Source of the DNA: Octopus bimaculoides
Lineage: Eukaryota
Assembly: GCF_001194135.2 (NCBI RefSeq)
Contig: NC_068991.1
Span: forward strand, 50,459,499 to 50,505,114
Length of the DNA stretch: 45,616 nucleotides
Reading direction: 5' to 3'
Shown: positions 24,412-37,414 of the stretch, piece after piece
How the letters are laid out: each line of letters starts with the position of its first letter
Numbering within the stretch: the stretch's first letter is position 1
Notes under the pieces: model-generated
Told to the model about the DNA's origin: nothing
Seen by the model: the letters and a program-made list of their open reading frames with translations, nothing else
Database searches by the model: none
Translations under genes and position numbers: made by a program

Positions 24412-27400
24412 GATAGATATGCAAATCCAGAAGACAATTAATGTTATATCCTGAGAAGTTAGTGCTACGCTTAGTGATCAGATTACTAGTTTTCTAGGCA
24501 GCTGAAGAATAAGGTTCCAACACTTTTGCTGAGGGAATAATCACTGCTGAAACACTGCAAAAGGACAAATTATTTTTCTGTTACATCAAAATAATAATAG
24601 TATAGTTCTATTTTCAGACTAAGCTACATCTATATACAAATGATAACTAGTAAGAGAGAATGAGTACTGTCAAAATTCTACAGCCATTTTCATGGTAATA
24701 GGTGATCAAACTACTTTTGTGGTATCTTGCTTGTCTATACACAATGTTTCCAGAAAAGCCTATTTTAATGATTACAGCATCAACCAGCAGAGTTGTTCCT
24801 GTGTTTGCTGATTACAATAATTAATCATGTTAATGAGAAAACGTTTAAAATGTTCAAAGGATGTCATTATTGACACAACTAATTCTCTCCACACAAATGA
24901 AATTTAAGACATAAATTTAGACCAGGCCTAGGTCAGCTGTAAGTGATATTCCTCTATACTAGAAGCAATATTATGAATTAGCTTAACATTAAGCATTTAA
25001 ATGACATATTTTAAATAGTATCACAAAATAATTGTTTCTTTGGTTTAGCACAATACAAATTTTGTTAGAAGGCAAAGTATAAATAGGAGTCTATCCTATT
25101 ATAATATAGAGGTGTCTGTTCTATTCTAAAAACAGAAAATACAAAAGTAACATAAAAATAAACAAGCAAATTTAAAAAACTTTATTTAAACAAAGAAGTT
25201 AAAATAGTTTATTCATATTCAGTTTATTTTATTTATTCAAATATTTTTTGCACTGAATTCAGAAGCAATGCAATGAAATAGTTCCCCTTAGATATTACTG
25301 GTGATCCATGAGGAAAGCAATGAAATTTCAGATTAAAATTTGAAAATCTTTAGCCTAATAGACAAAAATGAATGCAGTAATGAGGAATTGCCCCAACTCC
25401 ATTCAAGTTTATCACGAGAGATAATAGGAATAATTTATGAGTTACCAACAACAAAGGCAGAACTGCACAACTAGTTTTCATTTTCTTCTCTTAAAATGTA
25501 TCTATTGTTCATGCTCTCCAAAATTTGGTAATTAAAAAAAAAAAAATTTAAAAAAATCAAACTCAATATGAAGCCCCAGAGTTTTCAACAAATTGTTATT
25601 TCAGAAAGTTTTGACAAGTTTGAGTTCCTAAACAAAAATTTGGAGTAAAAATGAAATAAAACTAATTCAAAGATATGTCATATTGATTTCTTGTCAATGA
25701 GAAATTAATGCAGCTCAATAAACTCCAGTATATAACTGGTACCTATTTTATTGCCCCATGCCTTCAACTCAAAGTGACGACAAGCAAAGTCAGCCCTAGT
25801 AGGATTTAAACTGTATTGGGCTAACACTAAATATGGCAAAGAATTAGTCCGGTGGAGACCATTCCAGCTGAACTCAACATTCCAGATGAGAGTACATCTA
25901 ACCTGTAAGAGAGAATTTCTCCTTTACTTCAAATCTCACTTCTCAATTACAAGATTCCTGAAAGGAAATAAATTCTACTTTAGAAGATCTCAAGTCTCTA
26001 TTTCCAAACATAAACCATTCTATGAAAGAAGTGGGAAAGGGGCAGATGATTTACATAATTCTACTGATTGAGAAGCAAATAATTTAGTTAAAACAAAACA
26101 AAACAAACAGTATGTTTTCTGTTTTTAAATTCTTAACACAAAAGTATTAATGCAGAACAAGTTGTAATAATTTTGGCTAACGCAAACAATAGACAACACT
26201 GACTATAAAAAGTCTGAAAAGTTCCATTAAACTAAACATACTTGAGGATTGTTGCAGATTTTATTTTGGAGTTTTATGCAAACAATTTTATAGTACAAAG
26301 TAACAACACCAGTCTTGTCTTCACATGATTTATATTGAAATAATTATAAAGATTTTAAGTGAGGAAGGCACATATTTAGAAAAATGAGTTGGATTGTTTT
26401 ACCTACAATAAGTCTTGAATAAGTTTATCATATTTCATATGGTGAACGAATTAAATAAGGAATTGATGTGACATACAACAATACCAGGTCGGTGGGCCAT
26501 GAAGACCATGGTATTGCTGTTGACAAGCTTAGTAAGATGTAATAACAGCCATAGGTATATTAGTATCATTAATACCTTCACCACCAACAAACTTTCAACA
26601 AGGAAATTTAACAAGATAGTTATTCAACTGTTATTTCAATGTGTCAAATATATGTATAACATTTAAACATTTTTATGTAAATAAACAAGTCCCTGAAATT
26701 AACATCTAACAGTAGATCTAACAGAATAACAAGCAACATTTTGCTTCAATCTCTACACAAACACTACAGAAATCAACATTCTTGGTTTAAGCAGAAATTC
26801 TTTGTTTCTTTTTTTGTTTTGTTTTGTTCTGATACAACAATAAAATATTAATTTAGATAAGTCAAGATAATTATTCCAAATATGTACATATCTTCATCAT
26901 TAAAGTTGTGATTTATTTAAATATTATTCCTTAAAAAAGATAGACTTATTGCGTAGTTTGTCATTAAACCCAAACAAATATTTGTTATCTATTAAATCTG
27001 TAATTTTAACCTCTTTCACAAAATTTAATATATTCTCTTAAGTCTAAAGAAAAATTTCAAATTTATGGAGAAAATATCAAGAAGACTTTTAAATAAGAGA
27101 ATTTTTTTATTTTTTTCAGCATTGTATCTCTTAATCAAGAAACATGTTGATTTGCTTTCAAATATTTTACCAAATACAATTAATTGTTTAACTAATCTAC
27201 AAATTCGTATATCTGTGCCAGTATTGCTATCATTGTGGTTGCTGTTATTATCCTGAAATAATTGCAATGAGTTTTCCACAAGGAGGTTTTTTGGTATTGG
27301 TAACTCATTGTGTCGACATTGCCAGTAGTTCAAAGGCACCAGTAACATTTTCAAATGAATCAATGAATTGTTGAAATAGAAAGTTAAAATTCTTGTAGTA

Positions 27401-27541
27401 GGAGTCTAAATAGTTTTGGTATTTTGCAGTTATGGCAGCAAGTTTACATTAAAATTTAGATCAAAGAAAATATAAAAAAAATAATAAGTAGAAGACAATT
27501 TGTGCTGAAGGTGGTTGGAAGAGTTCAAGCCATGAATAATA

Positions 27542-27704
27542 TCATTGTGATTTGTCACGACACTTCTCTAAAAGAACTGACTGTTCCAATTCAGAATCAT
27601 CTGTTGCTTGAATTTCAACACCAATTCCCTGAAGTTTTGTCTTGAGACAAGACTTACTGCTTGTATATATCATTTTCTGTTTTACTGTAGCATTCTCTGG
27701 ACTC
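27542..27704 (-). CDS. CFL: ADF/cofilin family actin-depolymerising factor, last coding exon
   Basis: Poly-T tract and AG acceptor (27705-27706), then phase-2 exon (W)SPENATVKQKMIYTSSKSCLKTKLQGIGVEIQATDDSELEQSVLLEKCRDKSQ*. This matches the ADF-H C-terminal motifs W.P..A..K.KM.Y.SS and GI..EIQA.D..E. A stop right after the domain favours cofilin over twinfilin. Confidence 0.93.
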
Positions 27705-28406
27705 CTAAAAAAAAAAAAGAAAAAAAGAAAAAGAAAAACAAAAGTTTACATTTAAAAGAAGCCAAATAGCAGAAAAGTCTAACCATTAGAATCTTCATTA
27801 AAATTTGGGAAAATGTACCATTAGTAGTTTGTAGCACAACATAAAACTCTGTGATTAACCTTTTGAACAATAGTGGCTGAACTGTCACTATAAGTAGCCT
27901 AATTTATAAATAAATTACTCACCAACCTTCTGGCCAATCACAGGCTATATGCGACTTGTAACATGAAAAATATTTCTGTGTATTTGCATGAACTGACATA
28001 GATTTTGCGAATCTAAATCACCAGGAATGGCCTAGAGAAAGCTATTAACCGATCAGCTAACAGCTGAAATATTAAGTTCTGGAGAGGAGAACAAACAGGT
28101 GATAGATAACTATGGTGAAAATCAGTGATTCTTTATGTGAAAATGATTTTGTGAAGTGAGAGATAATAAGAACATGTATAGTAGTGCAGACAGAATTATG
28201 AAATCGGGTGACGTTTAGTGAAGCTCAATAAATGCCCAGCTCTAGTTATGTGAGAGGTGGGGAATGCTGGAGTTTAGGGAGGGAAATTTGGTCCAGGAAT
28301 TCAGTGTAAAGGGTGTGAAATGTTCAGGAGCTTACGAGACCGGTGCTTACAACTAACCTACTTTACCAAATAGATTTACAAGAAATACTTTATTTAATCT
28401 CAAGAG

Positions 28407-30245
28407 ATCATCATCATCATTTAACGTCCGCTTTCCACGCTAGCATGGGTTGGATGATTTGACTGAGGACTGGTGAATCGGATGGCTGCAAGGCTCCAAT
28501 CTGATCTAGCAGACACAGCTGGATGCCCTTCCTAACGCCAACCACTCCGAGAGTGTAGTGGGTGCTTTTACGTGCCACCTGCACAGGAGCCAGTCCAGCA
28601 GCACTGGCAATGACCTCACTCGAATGTTTTCTAACATGCCACCGGCACAAGTGCCATTAAGGCGATGCTGGTTATGATCACGCTCAAATGGTGCTATTTA
28701 CGTGCCACTGGCACGGAAGCCAGACAGCTGCTCTTGCAATGATCACACTCGGATGGTGCTGTTAGTGCTCCACTGGCACAGGTGCCAGTCATTGAATATG
28801 GTTCAATTACGATTTCGATTTCACTTGCCCCAACAGTCTGCCTTTTACTCTGAGCAAGAGGCCCTTTGTCACCAGCAGAGGTAAGAGCTCTCTGAACTTT
28901 GCCCAGGCTATTCTTATTCTAGCAGCTACACTTTCAGCGCACCCTCCCACGCCACCAACTTGGTCACCTAGATAACGGAAGCTATCGACTACTAGTTTTT
29001 TTCCTGAGCATCTGCCACATACAAAAACTATCTTTCCAGTTAGCCTTCCTTTGATATTGCTGCACCTCTTATGTGTCCATAGCTTACACTGGGTACATCT
29101 TAGTTTTTACCTACACCTTTTCTACATATCAAGCAGGGCCATCTACCTGAAGGGATTTGTGGTTTGTCTGCCTTCCTACTTATTAGGACTTTGGTTTAGT
29201 TAGGTTGACTCTAAGGCCCTTCAATTCTAGTCCTTGCTTCCACACCTGAAACTTCTCTAGTTCTGATAGTAACTCAGCAATTAGAGCAAGGTCATCAGCA
29301 TAGAGAAGCTCCCAGGGGCATCCTGTCTTGAATTCCTGTGTTATTGCCTGGAGGACTATGATAAATAAGAGGGGGCTGAGGAATGAACCTTGATGGACCC
29401 CTACCCGGAATTCTTCACTCTACTACGTTGCCAACCCTCACCTTACTGACAGCATCCCTGTACATGGGTGGCACAGCTCTCACTAACCATTCATCTATCC
29501 CTAGTTTCCTCATTGACCACCAGATAAGGAAGCGGGGGACCCTGTCAAAGGCTTTCTCCATGTCAACGAAAGCCAGGTACAGAGGTTTATCCTTGGCTAG
29601 GTATTTCTCCTGAAGCTGTCTTACCAGAAATATAGCATCAGTGGTGCTTTTCCCAGGCACGAACCCAACCTGCATCTCATCTAAATTGACTCTCTCCCTA
29701 ATTAGTTGGGCTATGAGCCTCTCCGTGACCTTCATTACCTGATCTAAAAGCTTGATACCTCTGCAATTAATCATATCTAATGCATCACCTTTACCTTTGT
29801 AGCAGTTGACTATGGTGCTGCTACACCAGTCGTTGGGTATGACTCCTTCGTGTATCACCTGGTTCGTAATACGNNNNNNNNNNGGTATGACTCCTTCGTG
29901 TATCACCTGGTTCGTAATACGGGTGACTAGGCTATAGCCGACACTGCCAGATATTTTGAGCATCTCTGCTGTGATTCCTGATGGGCTGGGGGCTTTCCCT
30001 GTCTCCATACTCTTAATTGCCTTATCTACCAAGGTACTGTCAACTCAGATAGCTGGTCCCTCTGTTGGGTCGACATTCAGCAATTCTCTCTCCCATTCAT
30101 TCTCTTTATTGAACAACCTTTCATAGTGACATCTCCAAACCTCTCTCTTTGCAGCCACGCTTAGTGTAAGTGAACCATCATCCATGCGGACACATTTCTC
30201 TCCTACGACATCACGATTCTCTCTTACACACTGTCTTGCAAATAT
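28407..30245 (-). mobile_element. RTE-clade LINE, 5'-truncated, inside the cofilin intron in the same orientation
   Basis: RT motifs KGKGDA...RGIKLL, QVGFVPGKSTTDAIF, FVDMEKAFDRVP, GVHQGS.LSPLLF and YADD (29291-29302). PHD-like insert at ~29010-29140. The C-terminal part is deleted and joined to the 3'UTR and (GAT)n tail. Confidence 0.92.
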
Positions 30246-30891
30246 GAAATACTTCAAGTACACAATCAATAATTTTTTTCTTTGTTGATACAGGTTAAAA
30301 GAACAAAAATATCTGTTCCTGTTACTTTAAGATTTGGACTTAAATGTGCTTTCAACGTGGAAATAAGGGGCTAAACTTTATTCCAGCAACTGCAAGTCCC
30401 AAACACCAACTATATTAAGTTTTCTCTTTAACAATTTAAACTTCCTAGTGTGCTGCATATTTCTATTAGAACTGTTAATTTAATATTGTTAAGATCTAAA
30501 GACAGTTACTTGATGTTATCTCTTCCAGCACTGCAATTAATGTGAACTCAATAGTAAAATGTCATTTATAACAGGGTGTAAATAGTACAGCAACAACTCC
30601 AGATGAAAAAAATGTTGCCTTTGACCGCCATTTATGAAATGATACATAATCAAGATGAATGGAAATATTTTACACTTTTGACATTTTATAGAAGGGGAAA
30701 ACAAATTTGAAAAACTTTTGATAATGGTAACTGTGTGTTTATGTCACTGCAGTTTTCCTTGACATAAACACTTTGTTACTTTAGAGATTTTTCCACAAAT
30801 GGTTAAAATTCAATAAAGACTAAAGAACAAAAAGCAGTGTAATTAGTCTATATTTACATCAGATAGGAAATACAGTCTTTATATCAGCTAC

Positions 30892-31046
30892 AGGCGCAGG
30901 AGTGGCTTGCTTACCAACCACATGGTTCTGGGTTCAGTCCGACTGCGTGGCACCTTGGGCAAGTGTCTTCTACTATAGCCTCGGGCCGACCAAAGCCTTG
31001 TGAATAGATTTGGTAGACGGAAACTGAAAGAAGCCTGTCGTATATA

Positions 31047-31082
<36 letters not shown>

Positions 31083-31304
31083 TGTATATATGTTTATGTG
31101 TCTGTGTTTGTCCCCCCAACTTCGCTTGACAACCGATGCTGGTGTGTTTACGTCCCCGTAACTTAGCGGTTCGGCAAAAAGAGACCGATAGAATAAGTAC
31201 TAGGCTTACAAAGAATAAGTCCTGGGGTCGATTGGCTCGACTAAAGGCGGGGCCCCAGCATGGCCGCAGTCAAACGACTGAAACAAGTAAAAGAGTAAAG
31301 AGTA
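30892..31304 (+). mobile_element. SINE family 1, near full length, inside the cofilin intron
   Basis: Aligns to the reverse complement of 8211-8614. A short deletion removes the A-box region. Confidence 0.88.
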
Positions 31305-32267
31305 CACATAAATGACAGAATGTAAATCTGAAAATAGAACTGGGACAAATACAGAACACACACCCTATGCAACTCACTTCTGCACCCTTACTACTCAAGC
31401 TTTCTCATCACTTACCTACCTGCCCGCCTGACTGCTTATCTATCTATAAGCACACTGGCATAGTTACGAAGTTAAAAAGTTTGTTTCCCAACCACATGGT
31501 TTCTGGTTTGGTCCTAGTATCTAAGGCAGACTGAAGCTCAGAAATGATGAAACTAGGTGCATGCACATGCATGTGTGTTTGTTCATATAAATATATATAT
31601 CACCAATGATGATGAACCCTTTGATAATGAATTTCATTCATTCCATAACCTCATTTGTGACCCTGTCAGTCCCAGTGCTGGTGTCACATAAAAAAGCAGC
31701 CAGAATACTCTTTAAAGTGGTTTTGCCAACTCCTGTCAACCCAGCCAACCCATTTAACGGATGCTAAATGATGATGATGATGAAAACAAATTACAAATAA
31801 AAATCTGTAATATACAATGGAATAATGATAAGCTGCAAGAATAAATTTTCAAAGTGAAAAACTTGAATAAATATAAAAATTCCAGATTATTTTTAAAATC
31901 TGTTATGGAGTTATAAAAGCTAACAGATATTATGATAACCATTTTATAAAACAAATAAATCTGTAAAATTAGAAAAAAAAAAAATTACAATTTCATCAAC
32001 CATTGAAATTAAGCTGTCTTAAGTTTTGATCTGAGATTTGTGAACGAAGGGAGGTAATTCAACATGACTTTCACGCAACTCTTATAACAATTCTAAATTT
32101 ATTGAAAGAAAAATCACAATATTTTGGTTGCATTTGGCAGATTGTTATTCCAAAGTGAGACAGTAATGTATTGTCAGGAAATAAGAATAGTCTTGTCTTG
32201 GAAATGTTTTAGAACAAACTACTTTAGAACTAACAAAAGAAAAGTGAATCATTTTAAAATCTCTTAT

Positions 32268-32299
<32 letters not shown>

Positions 32300-32450
32300 A
32301 GCAAAAGCAGAAGGTTCTTCGGTAATTTTTAACAAGAAAGTATCCAACTAGCTTGCCATAAGTATATTCTTGACAGACTAAATGTACTGCAACATTTTCA
32401 GAAGCTCAGTTGAAAAAGTGGGTATAAAATGATGAATACAGAAAGTAGTG

Positions 32451-32796
32451 AAGGCACATAACTCAGTGGTTAGAGCGTCGGCTCACAAACTATGAGGTAG
32501 TGAGTTGATTCCTGGACCAGGATGTGTTGTGCTCTTGAGCAAGACACTTTATTTCACGTTGCTCCAGTTCATTCAGCTGTAGAAATAAGTTGCAATGTCA
32601 CTGGTGCCAAGCTGGATCGGCATTTGCCTTTCCCTTGGATAACATTGGTGGTATGGAGAAAGGAGGCTGATATGAATGGGCGTCTGCTGGTCTTCATAAA
32701 CAACCTTGCCCTGACTTGTGCCTGGGAGGGTAACTTTCTAGGTGCAATTCCATGGTCATTCATGACCGAAGGGGGTCTTTACCCTTTACCTTTCTT
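32451..32796 (+). mobile_element. SINE family 3, tRNA head with V/Meta-like central domain
   Basis: ctcagtggttagagcgtcgg head, cttgagcaagacacttta...cagctg core and (CCTTTA)n-like tail. Confidence 0.7.
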
Positions 32797-32996
32797 TTAC
32801 AGAAAGTATAGATTCCCGCCTACCTGTTAGGAGGCACAAACACTTTCACACACATGATGGGAAGTTCTGCCAACCAAATTCAATTATGAAGCTTCTGTTG
32901 GCTCAAGACTGAAGCAGAAGACTCTTGCCCAAGGTGTTACGCAGTAGGACTGAACTCAAAACCATGTGGTTGAAAANNNNNNNNNNNNNNNNNNNN

Positions 32997-33126
32997 NATA
33001 AAAAGAAGGCCAACTTTTGTCTATTCATATCATTATGTTTGTATTCTACATCAAAAACTCCATAACGACACTGTTGGTTTTCAGCAGCTTCTTGAAGTTT
33101 CTGGACAAAATCTTGGTATGTTTTAT
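32997..33126 (-). CDS. CFL: ADF/cofilin, internal coding exon
   Basis: Acceptor ttttattttctgaag, then (D)KTYQDFVQKLQEAAENQQCRYGVFDVEYKHNDMNRQKLAFFL(W), matching the cofilin motif Y.DF...L....CRY.VFD.EY.....R.KL.F..W. The last base and the donor fall in the N gap (32977-32997). Inferred phase 2 fits the 27704 exon. Confidence 0.9.
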
Positions 33127-33560
33127 CTTCAGAAAATAAAATAAAATGGAAAACAAATGGTTAAAAGACATTTCAGATAATCTGGATAGAAGAAATATAA
33201 AAGCTGAACATTCTACTATATCTAAACTCTTAGTTTCCTAAAAGTTATAATGACACACTATTGTTAATAGACCAGCGAAAAAAAAAAAAAAGGTAATCTT
33301 AATATTTTGGAATAATCAAGTTCCAAGTTTGATATCAACATAACAGCATGAACAATTACTCACTGATGTATTTTAGAAATCTCATTCTTAGGATACCATT
33401 TCCATTAAAACGAAAATTAAGACTTAGTATTTAAGAATTCCAGTTCCATTGTTGATGGGAAGACCATTTTAAAGATCAATGAAACAAGATAATCAAATTA
33501 CAAAAACTGATCACACTGAGAAATCCATAGAAGGAAGGGCGAAGCGGAATCAGCAAAGAC

Positions 33561-33840
33561 ATCGTCATCATCGTTTAACATCTGCTTTCCATGCTGGCAT
33601 GGGTTGGACGGTTTGTCTGAGGATTGGCAAGCGAGGCAGCTACACCAGGCTCCAATCTGATCTAGCAAGGTTTCCACAGCTAGATGCCTTTCTTAACGCT
33701 AAACACTCAGAGAGTGTAGTGGGTGCTTTTTATGTGTCACCAGGATGGGGGCCAGTCAGGCGGCACTGGAATCGACCAAACTCAAATGGTGCTTTTCACA
33801 TGCCACTGGTACAGGAGCCAGTCAGGCGGTAATGGCATCG
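33561..33840 (-). mobile_element. RTE LINE 3'UTR
   Basis: Same family, reverse orientation. Confidence 0.8.
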
Positions 33841-33986
33841 AATATACAATTTAATGTTTATTTGATAAATATTTTTATGAGGACAAAAGTTGGATCTGTT
33901 CCACCAGCAATTGTGAAGAGCATTTTGCACCAATATATGGAATTATTATACTCTAATAAACAAAAATACTAATAAAATACATTTAC

Positions 33987-34007
33987 CAGTTATGAAAGCA
34001 TCACCAT
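33987..34007 (-). CDS. Candidate 21-nt phase-1 microexon A (D-G-D-A-F-I-T)
   Basis: ttttatag|ATGGTGATGCTTTCATAACTG|gtaaat. Phase 1 is its only open frame and is compatible with the phase-1 start of the cofilin exon at 33126. Confidence 0.45.
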
Positions 34008-34199
34008 CTATAAAATGTATTTTATTTCTAATTAAAATCTTAAATCCGAGAATTAATGAAATTTATGATGATGAATGCTACAATGTTTCATATTAAAGTT
34101 TACATCAGAAGACATCTGATTCGGATGAATTAATCATCAACATCGTAGAAACATTTGTTCATTAAACCATAACAGCATAAAATAGTTACAAGTTTCTCA

Positions 34200-34935
34200 C
34201 CTAGTTTGGATGCAACACAGCTGCAGATGACTTTGGCTGTGAGTCTCTGAAAGACATTGCCCACAGAAAAGGGGGAGTATGCCCTTGCCCTTCTTCTCGA
34301 GAGCGATTAGGGTTCAGGGTGCTGTAACTAAACTCAGCATCAGCAATGAGTGGTGACAGCAAGACTTTAAGCTGACTGGATCAGAAACTATCAACACCTC
34401 TGTTGCTACTGGCAGTTAAAGACCTCAGAGCAAAAAGAATGTATTTCTCAAGGCCATGCATGGCAACTGAAGGCGAGGTGATGGTATGAGTCTGAGATCT
34501 GCAGGTGGCTCAAGATGTTTGAGTCAGCGAGCAGTCAAGACCTCTTCAGTAAGATGGAGGACAGTGCTGTCAGAGGTAACTACTCTGACAGTTGATGAGA
34601 CATCGCCCTCGATGGGTTTGGCATAAACAGTCACATAGATACTTTGAGCTGGTGTCAGGGTTGGACGTCTGCAGGGTCGAGAATGAGCTGAGTGCAACAT
34701 GCTCAGATGCTAGATATGGGGAACTGCTTGAAAGACAAGGCGTTAGCCTGGACTAGGGTTGTTGTTGACAGGCCACCTTGATCAGTAGCAGTGTTGGGGA
34801 GATAAAGAGTCAGCAGAGCAAAATAAAACACTTGATCCCAATTGCATGGTTTGACCAGATTGTAGGGCTTTCTTGATTAAGGATGTGAGGGTATCAGCCA
34901 CCGAAACCTGGGCTGTTTTCTGGATCTTAAGAGCG
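34200..34935 (-). pseudogene. CRE-clade-like (RLE-type) non-LTR retrotransposon RT fragment
   Basis: Decayed translation ...EGDVSSTVRVVTSD...RGVDSF*SSQLKVLL...IALEKKGKGILP.VGNVFQRLTAKVIC resembles the early-branching RT motif I(A/P)L.KK.GG.RPIAVG...RRL.AK. GC-richer than the flanks. Confidence 0.65.
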
Positions 34936-36006
34936 ATCTTCAGGAACCTATATTATCAGAAATCATTGACACTTAATTGTAAAGTAAAGTAGTAAATTTT
35001 CTCAATGAACAAAGAGAGAAGTAAAAGATACATTAGTTAGACACAGCAGGTTCTTAAAAACAGTTGTTAATCTAACATATGTTGCATATATTGCCTGAAT
35101 TAATGCATTCACAACAACAACACACACAAACTTTCTGCACACATTCTGCTTAGAAAATACCACACATCCATATTATACTCCACACCCGCAAAAAGTTTAC
35201 CTGAGTATATAAGATGAAGACTCAGGAAAACATAGAAAGAAGTAGTGAAAAATAAGCTTCGGATGTTGAACCCCACAGAGGAGATGAAAAAGAACAGAGA
35301 TAATTAAAGATTTGCTCTGCTTGAGAAGACACTTTCCTTCTAAGTAAAATTGAAGCCTAAAAGACATGTCATTTATACCTATGTCTCTGCACACAATTTG
35401 TTGCTGACAAATCTTTCCCCGGCACTACCTATCTTCCTAACACCCCTCTCATCCAACTATATTCACCACACACTGCATTCCCCTCCCCTCTGTCTTCTCT
35501 CCTTTTGCACTCTCGTGAACCTACCTGCCCACTCAATCCCATCTGTACCGCATATATACCACTCCTATAATTTGAAAGTATACCCTAACATTTTCATCAC
35601 CACTTTCTCTCCTTTTCCACCTGGGGTAGCCACGTATCGTTTCTACTGCAAGATGCCTGTTTCTGTCCCTCTGTCACATGTTATCTTTTCATCACCTGGC
35701 ACAAAACCAACTATAAAACTATTCTCCACTCAGCTGAGGGGTCTTGCAAGTTACTTGGTGACCTCACTGTTGCTGGAGCCATGTAAAAAGCACCCAGTAC
35801 ACTCAGTAGAATGGTTGGTGTTACCAAAAGCATCCAACCATAGAAACTATGCCAGATGTCAGATATAGTTATTCCGGTTGGTGAAGGAGAGGACTTAAAG
35901 GAGAAAAAAAAAAAACCTGCTTCTATTTGCAATGGATGTATGAATGTAAGTTCAGTCCGCGTATGCATTCACAACACACATTAAGGTTTACCTGAACACA
36001 CACACA

Positions 36007-36290
36007 TGTCCATCCATCCATCCAACTACTATTCATAGGAGTATCATGGGACTAGAGGCCTCAAGCACCTCCGCCATAGTGTCCTATCAGAAGCAACTGT
36101 GATTACACTTTCCAGCTGAATTCTTGAACATGATCATCTGAGACAATGGATATTATCCAGTTGTCTCATTCTTGGTCTACCTCTAGGTCTCCTGCCAGTT
36201 GGCTTTGCTTGAAGAAATTTGTCTGGTGATTCTTTCATACAACATCTTAATCACATGTCCATAATACCAAAGCTGGGACCCTTCATTGAT
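36007..36290 (-). mobile_element. Second RTE-type LINE family, C-terminus with (GGAT)n tail, copy 1
   Basis: KFLQAKPTGRRPRGRPRMRQLDNI resembles the RTE ORF2 C-terminal motif GRPR.RW.D.I. Has a (GGAT)n tail. Confidence 0.7.
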
Positions 36291-36857
36291 GATTTTGATC
36301 TTGCCTGGGATCGGGCAAAGTGTGTCTTGGTAGTGGGATGTAGTTCTTCTATTTACTGTTCTTTTCCTTCAACTCAAATTGTTTGAATACATCATGATGC
36401 ATTGTATGCCATGCAGATTGATTTAGGAAATAACCTTCCCAAGATGTACATATATATATATAAAAATAATAAATGAGTATATGCGTACATGAATATATAT
36501 ATATATATATATATAAATATATGTGTGTGTACACAGACATATACATATCAAAAGACATGTCTACACACACACACAAACATATATACATACAGACATATAT
36601 ATATGATGGTTGCCACATCTTGTCAGATAGCCATATCAAGAGAGACATCTGTACGTCGTTGGGTTGAAGTGACAACCGCTTGCACAACACTTTTGCCATT
36701 CTCTTGCTTGCAGTGACAAGCATTGCAAGATGGCTGCTGCTATTTTGTTTGCAAGTTTTATGTTAGATAATCTGTCCCCTAATAGAACTGTCTTCCCCAG
36801 GGCTTTACCAAAAAAAAAAAAGTCAAAACCTCTGCTACTTCTAGGAATTATATTTAA

Positions 36858-37064
36858 CCCTTTAGAATTCAGATTTCTTTGTGAAATGTAATATTTATTT
36901 ATTCACAATGTTTTGGAATCATCATGCATTATCTCATTATCAATGGTGTGTTTGTATATTTTTAGATTGACATTGTAGGGTAGGTGTGAGAGGTTGGATC
37001 TGGTCAGTCTTAACATAAAACAAGAATATTTGGGCCAGAAATGGCTGGATTAAATGCTAACGGG
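36858..37064. mobile_element. TTAA-flanked MITE, copy 2, reverse orientation
   Basis: TTAA|ccctttagaatt ... aatgctaacggg|TTAA. Body is the reverse complement of copy 1. Confidence 0.78.
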
Positions 37065-37199
37065 TTAACCTATAGATGAGACCTTGACAAGCACTACCAT
37101 TCCTGTTCAGAATGGACTTGAGAATAACAGTTAATCAAGATGTGATTCCACACTCCCCACAACTCCAGAACTGGAGCCCCACCACTTGATGTAGTTCAA

Positions 37200-37414
37200 C
37201 CCTTTAGCATTTAAACCGGCCATATCCGGCCCAAATATTCTTCCAGTTTTATGTTCAAATTGGCCAGGTCTGGCCTCTCACACCTACACTATAATGTCAT
37301 TCTTGAAATAACCAATCACATCGCTGATGTTCCAAAGCTGCAAGATAATGCATGAATAATTCAAAATAATGTAAATATATAAACATTACATTTGATAGAA
37401 TCAGAATGCTGGAG
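37200..37414. mobile_element. TTAA-flanked MITE, copy 3
   Basis: ccctttagcatttaaaccggccatatccggcccaaatatt... in the same orientation as copy 1. Confidence 0.78.

Noticed and set aside
27025-27363. 112-aa ORF downstream of cofilin
   Set aside because: Low-complexity AT-rich sequence with no motif; probably cofilin 3'UTR or intergenic.
27915-28020. Strong donor TG|gtgagt as the cofilin upstream exon
   Set aside because: The translation (CYKSHIACDWPEG) is not ADF-like; the true exon is at 32997-33126.
29836-29921. Exact 38-bp direct repeat in the RTE ORF
   Set aside because: It flanks a 10-N gap exactly, typical of unmerged contig overlap.
33355-33395. Another microexon candidate with a gtgagt donor
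   Set aside because: 17 or 23 nt long, not frame-preserving, and has stops in phase 1.
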